Of a DNA stretch of 32,000 bases, positions 23,612-31,073 are shown in pieces; positions within the stretch are counted from its first letter, which is position 1; the number at the start of each line of letters is the position of its first letter. Where the stretch lies: assembly GCF_000008465.1 (NCBI RefSeq), contig NC_006512.1, positions 2,700,001 to 2,732,000 on the forward strand, written 5' to 3'. The notes under the pieces were generated by a model that saw only the letters and a list, made by a program, of their open reading frames with translations, had not been told where the DNA came from and searched no databases. The translations under genes were made by a program, and so were the position numbers. Source of the DNA: Idiomarina loihiensis L2TR. GTDB taxonomy: Bacteria > Pseudomonadota > Gammaproteobacteria > Enterobacterales > Alteromonadaceae.

Positions 23612-25444
23612 ATGTTTTCCTGGTTTGAGCGCCGATTAAACCCTTTTCCTACGGAGGAACCGACTCAGGCTCCTACCGGATTTTTTGCATTCTGCTGGCA
23701 TTTCACCAAAGGGGCGACCCCTTTTATTGCAGTCACCGCAGCTCTTATGGCCGCTATTGCCATTGCCGAAGTCTGGTTGTTTGGCTTTTTAGGGCAAATT
23801 GTTGACTGGCTGTCAGCACAGGATAAAGAAACCCTATTAAACGATCAGTTCTGGCCACTGGCTGGCATGAGCGCTCTGGTGTTAGTCGGTTTGCCCTTGC
23901 TGGTCTGGTTCCACTCTATGCTGACCCACCAGACATTGCTGGGCAACTTCCCCATGCGCATTCGCTGGCTGGGTCACCGCTATTTGATGAAGCAGTCTAT
24001 GAGTTACTATCAGGACGAGTTTGCCGGCCGGGTCGCCACCAAATTAATGCAAACTTCACTCGCGCTACGGCAATGCATCATGACCTTTATTGAGGTGGTG
24101 AACTACGTCGCTGTCTACTTCCTCGGGATGTTTGTCATTATTGGTAATGCCGACTGGCGAATGATGCTGCCGCTGGCTTGCTGGCTTATTCTGTACGCTC
24201 TGTTGTTACGCTACTTTGTGCCTAAACTGGGTAAAATATCAGCCGAACAGGCAGATGCCCGTTCTAATATGACCGGACGCATTGTCGACTCCTATACCAA
24301 TATTCAAACCGTTAAATTGTTCTCACACTCCCTGCGCGAGGCTTCTTTTGCGCACGAGGGCATGGACACTTTTCTGGGAACAGTACATAAGCAAATGCGC
24401 CTGGTTACTCAGCTTTACGGCTTCCTCTATTTTATAAACTGCGCATTGTTGTTCAGCTCTGCTGCTACGGCCATTGTGCTGTGGATGGATAATGCTGTGA
24501 CTTTAGGCGCTGTTGCTGTAGTTATCGGTCTGGTTCTGCGCTTGTTTGGTATGTCGCAAATGGTCATGTGGCAAATGTCGACGCTGTTTGAAAGCATTGG
24601 TACCGTTCAGGACGGTATTGGCTCTATTGCGGTGCCACAGCGCATTATCGATGAACCCAATGCGCCCGCTTTAAACGTGACTTCCGGCGACATTAATTTT
24701 GACCATGTTCGCTTCCATTATGGCAAAGGTCATGGCGTTATGGATGACTTTAATCTGCACATTAAATCGGGTGAAAAAGTCGGTATTGTCGGACGCTCAG
24801 GGGCGGGTAAGTCCACTCTGGTCAATTTGCTGTTACGCTTCTACGACGTTGAGAGCGGCGAAGTTCGTATTGATGATAAGCCCATTCATAAAGTGCAGCA
24901 GGACAGTTTGCGCGCGAACATTGGCATGGTGACTCAGGACACTTCTTTGCTGCATCGCTCAGTACGTGACAACATTTTGTATGGGCGCCCCGATGCCAGT
25001 GAAGAGGACTTAATGAAGGCGGTGCGTCAGGCACATTGTGAGGAATTTATTGCAGACTTAAGTGACAGCAAGGGTCGTACCGGTCTGGATGCCCATGTCG
25101 GCGAGCGCGGCGTGAAACTCTCAGGTGGTCAACGCCAGCGAATTGCTATTGCCCGAGTCATGCTAAAAGATGCACCCATTCTGATTCTGGACGAAGCAAC
25201 CTCAGCGCTGGATTCGGAAGTAGAAAACGCCATTCAGGAAAACCTGTATAAGCTCATGCAGGGCAAAACGGTTATTGCTATTGCCCACCGCTTATCCACT
25301 ATTGCAGCTATGGACAAGCTGGTAGTGATGGATCAGGGGGAGATTATTGAGCAGGGCAGCCACGAACAGCTGCTTGCTCAGGATGGACTCTACGCCAAAT
25401 TGTGGCGCCACCAGTCCGGTGGCTTTTTAGCGGAAGAAGCTTAA
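23612..25444 (+). CDS. ABC exporter, fused permease/ATPase (MsbA/MdlB-like half-transporter)
   Basis: 610 aa with an N-terminal 6-TM domain. Walker A GRSGAGKST, signature LSGGQRQRIA, Walker B ILILDEATSALD, H-loop IAHRL. The SD AAGGAG lies 8 nt before the ATG. Confidence 0.9.
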   Translation: MFSWFERRLNPFPTEEPTQAPTGFFAFCWHFTKGATPFIAVTAALMAAIAIAEVWLFGFLGQIVDWLSAQDKETLLNDQFWPLAGMSALVLVGLPLLVWFHSMLTHQTLLGNFPMRIRWLGHRYLMKQSMSYYQDEFAGRVATKLMQTSLALRQCIMTFIEVVNYVAVYFLGMFVIIGNADWRMMLPLACWLILYALLLRYFVPKLGKISAEQADARSNMTGRIVDSYTNIQTVKLFSHSLREASFAHEGMDTFLGTVHKQMRLVTQLYGFLYFINCALLFSSAATAIVLWMDNAVTLGAVAVVIGLVLRLFGMSQMVMWQMSTLFESIGTVQDGIGSIAVPQRIIDEPNAPALNVTSGDINFDHVRFHYGKGHGVMDDFNLHIKSGEKVGIVGRSGAGKSTLVNLLLRFYDVESGEVRIDDKPIHKVQQDSLRANIGMVTQDTSLLHRSVRDNILYGRPDASEEDLMKAVRQAHCEEFIADLSDSKGRTGLDAHVGERGVKLSGGQRQRIAIARVMLKDAPILILDEATSALDSEVENAIQENLYKLMQGKTVIAIAHRLSTIAAMDKLVVMDQGEIIEQGSHEQLLAQDGLYAKLWRHQSGGFLAEEA

Positions 25445-26265
25445 TGAGTGAGTTCGTACGCTTCGTCCGATTCAACCTTGGCGAAGCGTACATCCAGTTC
25501 CATTAACCGTTTTTTCCCCCGGGCGGTCATGTCAGTAATAAACTGAAACTGTTGCCTGGGATCTATCGGGTAGGCTTTTAAGCGATACTTTGTGCCCCAG
25601 GGTTGTTCTGCTGCAGTAACCGCTATTGGCTTACCCAGTTGCAGATAAGGGCTGGTCAGCGCCACTTCCTCCAGCGCGTCGCGAATTTGATAGGCGTCGG
25701 CTTCTGGCTGAGTATAAAATTCAGCAATGCACATTAAGCTGGGACCACCGTTGTTAGCATTATGGATTAAGTTATCCCAGAGTTTTAAATGTGGTACCCA
25801 AATAACGGTGTCATCATTGGTTACCAATTCGACCGTACGCATGCCTATATGGGTAACTTCGCCATAACTACCGTCAACTTCTATCCAGTCACCCGGACGG
25901 TAGGGCATTTCATGAATAGCTACCACGCCAGCAATTAAGCTGCTGACGTAATCTTTTAAGGCAAAACCTATCGCCAGACCGGCAGCACCCAGTGTCGCCA
26001 CCATATTTTGCAAAGTGGGCTCAATAATACGCGGAATAATCATAACCAGCGCAATAACCAGAACCACTATGCGGATCATTGGCACCATTGCCAGAATGTA
26101 TAATCGCCTTTTTCCGTGCAAATGCGCGGCTACCCAGGGTAAAACGCGCTGGGTAAGCCAAACGACGGCCAGTGCCAGGGCAAAAATCACAGCAATTTCA
26201 AAAATGGCGAAGCCGTCCAGCGACTTGAATAGCCCGGCAACGTCTTTTACTGAACCTGTTTCCAT
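25441..26265 (-). CDS. small-conductance mechanosensitive channel (MscS family)
   Basis: Three N-terminal TM helices, then GAAGLAIGFALKD and the beta-domain GDWIEVDGSYGEVTHIGMRTVELVTNDDTVIWVPH, which is typical of MscS. Confidence 0.85.
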   Translation of the reverse strand: METGSVKDVAGLFKSLDGFAIFEIAVIFALALAVVWLTQRVLPWVAAHLHGKRRLYILAMVPMIRIVVLVIALVMIIPRIIEPTLQNMVATLGAAGLAIGFALKDYVSSLIAGVVAIHEMPYRPGDWIEVDGSYGEVTHIGMRTVELVTNDDTVIWVPHLKLWDNLIHNANNGGPSLMCIAEFYTQPEADAYQIRDALEEVALTSPYLQLGKPIAVTAAEQPWGTKYRLKAYPIDPRQQFQFITDMTARGKKRLMELDVRFAKVESDEAYELTH

Positions 26266-26288
26266 TACTTTCTCCTAAGCCCGCACCG

Positions 26289-27311
26289 TTAAAACCGGTC
26301 TAACCAAAAACCGCGGGACATGAGCAAATCCCTGACAACAGGGTAGCCGCGTGCAGTGACATACCAAAGCTCTTGCTCAAGCTCAATCAAGGCGCGTTGT
26401 TTAAGTACCTGTAACTGAATTTCAAGCTGGCTACCGGAAACTATCGGCAACGCCTGCACTAACTGTGTTTTAGTCATCCCCCGATGCAGCAGCAGGGCAT
26501 AACAAACAAAAGCAGTGGCATCGTTTATCTCTGAGGGCAGCGCCGGTGTGTCAAAGGCCTTTTCGCTGCCACGTTGATAACGGTCAGAATAGGCCGCAGC
26601 GACACCAGCATTACCCCGGCTTAACGCGGCTAAAGCCCGTAAACGGCCATCTCCGCGAGCCAGCCCCAGTTGCTCAAGGGCGTTTTGATCCAGCCCCTGC
26701 AATGTCCATAACTGATTTACCGGCACCGGCCAGACTTTTTCCAGAAAAGCCCAGGCCCAGCTGTCACAGACAATAACGCCTTTACCAGCTTCACCGGAGA
26801 GTACCTGAGAGAAGAATTCCCGCACCCAGCGCAAACCGTTCGTCTGGCGCAGAAAGCTGTGTGCTAACTGCGGCATTATCCAGGGGTTATTATCATCGGA
26901 CTTAGGCGAAAACTCCGGCATAGGAGAATCATCAGGGTCGCAAAGTGACTCTCTGTCGGGCAGGCTCACTTCCGCTAGACTATGCTTCTCAGCCCACTTT
27001 TGCACCGCTTCCTCAACACCAGAGTGAGGTGGCGCAATAATCCAGCGTAAGCTGCTATCGTCATCGTCATTTAACCAGTCAGAAAAGCAATCATCCAGGG
27101 TCTCTGCAGCGGTATCAAAACTCAGTTCCAGTACTTGCGATTGCTCTTCCTCACCTTCATGCTCTTGCTCAGGCGTGACCCAGCGAACAAATTTTTTCCA
27201 CCACTTTTTTATCTTTATCGTGGTGGGCACGGCAAGTTTTTCATAGTCATCGACTGTTACCCATTGCCACGTTTTTTCTGGCTCTTCGGCCATCCTGAGA
27301 ATCCTTTTCAC
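26289..27311 (-). CDS. hypothetical protein with a probable C-terminal winged-helix domain
   Basis: 340-aa ORF; the alternative start at ATG 27293 (MAEEPEK) has a better AAGGA SD. It has an acidic N-terminal third and no catalytic motif I recognise. The C-terminal ~80 aa (FVCYALLLHRGMTKTQLVQALP...LKQRALIEL...WYVTARG) resemble a MarR-type wHTH. It ends 23 nt upstream of the MscS gene. Confidence 0.6.
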   Translation of the reverse strand: MKRILRMAEEPEKTWQWVTVDDYEKLAVPTTIKIKKWWKKFVRWVTPEQEHEGEEEQSQVLELSFDTAAETLDDCFSDWLNDDDDSSLRWIIAPPHSGVEEAVQKWAEKHSLAEVSLPDRESLCDPDDSPMPEFSPKSDDNNPWIMPQLAHSFLRQTNGLRWVREFFSQVLSGEAGKGVIVCDSWAWAFLEKVWPVPVNQLWTLQGLDQNALEQLGLARGDGRLRALAALSRGNAGVAAAYSDRYQRGSEKAFDTPALPSEINDATAFVCYALLLHRGMTKTQLVQALPIVSGSQLEIQLQVLKQRALIELEQELWYVTARGYPVVRDLLMSRGFWLDRF

Positions 27312-27388
27312 AAATAAATAAAATATTGCTTAGCCCCGATAATAGAGTGCCTTGAAGCAGAGTCCAATGAAAATTTCGCAACCCGACT

Positions 27389-27417
27389 CTTGAAACCAAA
27401 TTGAGCAGTACACATAT
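27389..27417 (+). promoter_or_regulatory. sigma32 (heat-shock) type promoter for the sHSP gene
   Basis: CTTGAAA (27389-27395), a 14-nt spacer, then ACACATAT (27410-27417), versus the sigma32 consensus CTTGAAA-N13-15-CCCCATNT. It is located ~100 nt upstream of the ibpA-like ATG. Confidence 0.5.
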
Positions 27418-27517
27418 AGAAGTTAAGGCAGGTGTCTCTGAGAGAGCCGCCTTAACCGACACATGGTGTGTCACTTAATTAAACATTTTAAAGTTATTGC
27501 TTCAAAGGAGAATGACT

Positions 27518-27991
27518 ATGGCAACTATCGACTTAAGCCCTCTATATCGTAGCAGTGTAGGTTTTGACCGCATGGCATCTTTGCTGGATTCGGCACTACG
27601 CTCAGATACTGGTGCAACCGGATATCCTCCCTACAACATTGAACTGGTAGCAGAAAACCAGTACGCCGTTACACTGGCGGTTGCAGGTTTTGAAGAGGAT
27701 GATCTGGAAATTGAAGTAGAGAACGGTGTGCTTCGTGTGACCGGCAAGAAAGCCGAAGAAAACGAAAAACGCGAATATCTGCACCGCGGCATTGCAAACC
27801 GTGCCTTCGAACGTAAGTTCAGCCTGGCTGAACACATTGAAGTCACTGGCGCAGCCTTAAAGAACGGTCTGTTAACGGTCGGCCTGGTGAAGAACATTCC
27901 TGAAGCCAAGAAACCGAAACGTATCGACATTAGCAGTTCAACTAAAGACCTGCTGCAAGATCGTTCCAAAAGTAAGGAAAGTGCTGCTTAA
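27518..27991 (+). CDS. ibpA: small heat-shock protein, IbpA/Hsp20 family
   Basis: [26 protein letters not shown] matches recalled E. coli IbpA ([24 protein letters not shown]). The alpha-crystallin core is YPPYNIE...[10 protein letters not shown]...LEI...GVLRVTGKK. The SD AAGGAGA lies 6 nt before ATG 27518. Confidence 0.9.
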   Translation: [157 protein letters not shown]

Positions 27992-28009
27992 ACTTAAGCA
28001 CTGGATGAG

Positions 28010-28035
28010 GGGCGGCAATTAGCCGCCCTGTTTTT
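28010..28035 (+). terminator. rho-independent terminator of the sHSP gene
   Basis: GGGCGGC (28010-16), loop AATTA, GCCGCCC (28022-28), then TGTTTTT. The loop contains the stop codon (28019-21, minus strand) of the convergent 932-aa gene. Confidence 0.65.
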
Positions 28036-30817
28036 CCTGACGTTGCCACTCTACTGGGTGCCCACAGACGAACCCCTGGATATAGTCTACGCCCAGCTGA
28101 GTGAGCTTAATACGTGCTTCATCACTTTCCACACCGACTGCACATACCTCAATATCAAGAACCTTAGCAATGCGCACACAGCTGGCGACCAGCTCCGCAT
28201 CAACCGCATCTACCAGCATGTCCTGCACCCAAAACCTGTTAACCTTAATTTGCGTTAACGGTAATTGCCGCATAAGCCGGAACGAATTAAAGCCGGTACC
28301 AAACTGATCTAAAGCAGTACCAATACCTAAGTCCTTAAGCTCTCTGAACAGACGGTAAGTTTCATCAAAATACTCATTGGCATCAGGTTCTGCCACCTCA
28401 AAGACCAACTGCTCCGGCTGTAATATAGAATGCTTCAGGATTTGCTCTATAAAGCGAATAAAGTCGACATCTTCGAGGCTTTGCGCGGACAAATTAATAT
28501 GACAGCGCCAGGTGCGATTAGCTTCAAAGGGTTGTTCATTAAAATGCTCAATAACTTCCCTGACCAGCCAGCGGTCAGCTTTACCCATAACGCCTGCATT
28601 AAGAGCGGCTCGTAAAAACTGCTGCGGAGCAATAGCCTCGTCACTCTCGTTACCCGGCAGTCGCAATAACAACTCGAAGCAATGCTTATCTTCGCTTTTT
28701 GCGGCACTGACCAGTGGCTGCGCAAACAACTGCCAGTTTTCTTCCCGCAGTGCTTTTTTCAGCCGCGCTTCCCACTCTTCCTCAGCTTGCCCAATTAAAC
28801 GTATCTGATCAGCTTCGCTGTGCGTGTGTACTCTGTAGTCACCCTGCTGCATTGCCAGCTGCACGGCTTCCCGGGCTTGCCTCATGATAGTGCTGGCGGC
28901 CAGACTTTCGTCATGACTGTAAGCAATACCGGCGTGACCTGTCAGCTGAAAAATACGTTTTTCACTACTAAAACGAAACTCTCTGCAAACTTGCAGTAAA
29001 CGATGCGCCTGAGCAAACGCCGCTTGTTCATCTTCGTTCGTCAGCAGCGCAATTTCTGCTTCACTTATGCGTGCGACACGCGCGCTTTTAGGTGCTTTTT
29101 GCTGTAAGGATAATGTCAGCTGTAGTATGGCCTGATCACGGCCGTCAGCACCCGCTTGATCCGCAATAACCTGCAAACCATTAAGACGAATAATGGTAAC
29201 GCTGGTTGTCTTTTTTCTATCCAGACGGGATTGCAGCAGGCGCCGAAACTCGCGCACATTTAATAAGCCCGTTACGGCGTCGTGATGTGCCAAAAAGTTA
29301 AGATGAACTTCTGCTTCCATACGTTTTGTTACATCGGCCATACGCCCGGTATTGTCAGGAAACAATTCAATATCGAGCCACACTTTACGACCATCAAGCC
29401 GCTCAATAGAAACCAGTTGCCGTTGGCCTTCAATGCTAAAACCTTTTGGCCAGTGCATCTGAATTTGTTTCAGAGAGTGAGCCGCCAGAATTTTTATCAT
29501 TTGCCGGTTAACCTGTTTAATACTGCCGTCGGGGTTAACTCTGAACCAACCTTCTCCGGTTCGTCTTAAAATACGCCATAAACGCCGCCTTAAAATTTTG
29601 CGGTTACGTTTTAAATTACTAATGCGCTGTACCAGGCGACTAAATCGGTAGCGCTCAAGCGCCAGCAAAAACATAGTTGTGACTAAAGTCAGGCCGCTGT
29701 ACAACAGTAACCCGGAAAGCCCTTCCCATATTGGGTTATAGCGCGGTGAAACCAGTAGCCAGGCGGATATAATGGTCAGAACCATCAATACCGTTTGCCA
29801 TTTATGACCCGCCACAGGTTGCTTCTGCAGGCTACGGCCAATAACCACTCCGCCCCAGAGCAATAACGCATTAATTTGCCAGGATACAGAAGCCAACCGC
29901 CAGGGCTCCGACAGCCACGGCAACAAAATGGTCAACGCAATTGCCACCATCATTACTGCATAACCAATACGGTTGAAACGGGAGAACTTGAAGCGAAAAC
30001 GCGACCATTCCCATATAAACCAACTAAGAGCCAGGATCAGGAGCTGGCTGATATACACCTTCAACTCCGCAGCAATGTCCGGTGAGTATGGTGTGAAGTA
30101 AGTAATCCAGATACCACTGTGTGATAAAAGTGCGAGGGTAAAGGTTAATGTCAGACCGCCAAAGGAAATTAACAGGCGGCTACCGAACAACCGCGCTGAA
30201 ACTGCCGCAGCTAAAGCCAACAGAATAAGAATACCGGCGTTAACCCCCAAAGCTGTTTGTTGCTGCTGCAGGCGCAGTTGTAGGTCGCCTGGCTGCCACA
30301 GACCTATAGACGGCATTTGTTCCGGCCATTGCTGCACCGACACAGCCAACCAGACAATTTTGTTAGCGGGTAAGGTTACCGGCAGAATTTGCTCATGAGA
30401 TAAATAATTTCGCTGTAATAGCGGGGTGGAAAACCGACTGATGTTACTGCTTTCTATTTGCCCATTTTTATCCAGTAAATAAACCCCAACTTGTTCCAGG
30501 TAAGGGTCGGCGAAATGCAGGTGAAGAGTAAGCGGCGCGTTACTGCGATTAAACAAAGGAACCACGCCCCAGACATTGGGTCGTTCACCTGCGTAGTTAT
30601 GAGCCTGCAACTGCTCCGGGCTTAACCATCGCTGCGGTTCATCAATAGCAATGCTCTCAACTTGCAGGTTGGCATTGACCACCCGGTAATTGAAGTGTTC
30701 ATTCAGCATTAAGCGCGAGCTTTGCGGGGAGACGGTTAGAGGATCCTGAGCAAAAGCCGGTGGTATCAGAGTTAACGCTAACAGTAGTGCGGCAAACAAG
30801 TAGTTAAACATAACCAT
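28019..30817 (-). CDS. 7TMR-DISM membrane sensor with a degenerate GGDEF domain and an EAL domain
   Basis: Signal peptide plus a ~160-aa periplasmic domain, 7 TM helices, a PAS-like linker, a GGDEF-fold domain (TGLLNVREF...) whose GGDEF motif reads ISEAE, then an EAL domain (FELLLRL, INLS, FEVAE, LDQFGTGFNS, KVNRFW, VGVES, QGF). Confidence 0.88.
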   Translation of the reverse strand: MVMFNYLFAALLLALTLIPPAFAQDPLTVSPQSSRLMLNEHFNYRVVNANLQVESIAIDEPQRWLSPEQLQAHNYAGERPNVWGVVPLFNRSNAPLTLHLHFADPYLEQVGVYLLDKNGQIESSNISRFSTPLLQRNYLSHEQILPVTLPANKIVWLAVSVQQWPEQMPSIGLWQPGDLQLRLQQQQTALGVNAGILILLALAAAVSARLFGSRLLISFGGLTLTFTLALLSHSGIWITYFTPYSPDIAAELKVYISQLLILALSWFIWEWSRFRFKFSRFNRIGYAVMMVAIALTILLPWLSEPWRLASVSWQINALLLWGGVVIGRSLQKQPVAGHKWQTVLMVLTIISAWLLVSPRYNPIWEGLSGLLLYSGLTLVTTMFLLALERYRFSRLVQRISNLKRNRKILRRRLWRILRRTGEGWFRVNPDGSIKQVNRQMIKILAAHSLKQIQMHWPKGFSIEGQRQLVSIERLDGRKVWLDIELFPDNTGRMADVTKRMEAEVHLNFLAHHDAVTGLLNVREFRRLLQSRLDRKKTTSVTIIRLNGLQVIADQAGADGRDQAILQLTLSLQQKAPKSARVARISEAEIALLTNEDEQAAFAQAHRLLQVCREFRFSSEKRIFQLTGHAGIAYSHDESLAASTIMRQAREAVQLAMQQGDYRVHTHSEADQIRLIGQAEEEWEARLKKALREENWQLFAQPLVSAAKSEDKHCFELLLRLPGNESDEAIAPQQFLRAALNAGVMGKADRWLVREVIEHFNEQPFEANRTWRCHINLSAQSLEDVDFIRFIEQILKHSILQPEQLVFEVAEPDANEYFDETYRLFRELKDLGIGTALDQFGTGFNSFRLMRQLPLTQIKVNRFWVQDMLVDAVDAELVASCVRIAKVLDIEVCAVGVESDEARIKLTQLGVDYIQGFVCGHPVEWQRQEKQGG

Positions 30818-31064
30818 GCTCCACCAGGAGTGCTTTTACTGTAGCTTCGGGTTCTTCCAGAGCTTGTAACCAGACGGCATCACAAATTTCCGAGTAGAAC
30901 AGCAGCCAGTGCCGCTGGTTAATACTCAAACGCCAGCAAAACTGGTCCGCAGCCCATTCTTTTTCACGGATGGTAGCACCAATACGCTCACAAAGTTCGT
31001 TCACCCAAAGCTCATGGTCAGCTTCCGGTGGCGTACTTTTTAGCGTAATGACGTTGTCTTCCAT
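30804..31064 (-). CDS. hypothetical 86-aa protein
   Basis: The ORF starts 9 nt after the recQ stop (TAAAGAGTAACAATG) and overlaps the downstream sensor gene by 14 nt. I recognise no motif. Confidence 0.5.
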   Translation of the reverse strand: MEDNVITLKSTPPEADHELWVNELCERIGATIREKEWAADQFCWRLSINQRHWLLFYSEICDAVWLQALEEPEATVKALLVEHGYV

Positions 31065-31073
31065 TGTTACTCT

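Noticed and set aside
2869-27500. A recurrent AAGTTATTG / TAAGTTATT motif at 2871, 16871, 23073 and 27492, near gene boundaries.
   Set aside because: It is only 8-11 nt long and sits in AT-rich intergenic DNA. The contexts and orientations relative to the genes differ. This is most likely coincidence and not a dispersed repeat.
27247-27517. The minus-strand 75-aa ORF (27247-27474), and the TTG 27497 or ATG 27512 starts for the sHSP gene.
   Set aside because: The 75-aa ORF spans the divergent promoter and leader region and has no SD. For the sHSP, the AAGGAGA SD is correctly spaced only for ATG 27518, and the IbpA homology begins there.
27480-27530. A definite ROSE-type RNA thermometer masking the sHSP SD.
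   Set aside because: A UUGCU element is present, but I could not pair it with the SD in a sterically possible hairpin by hand. It is kept only as a hypothesis in the findings, not as an annotated feature.
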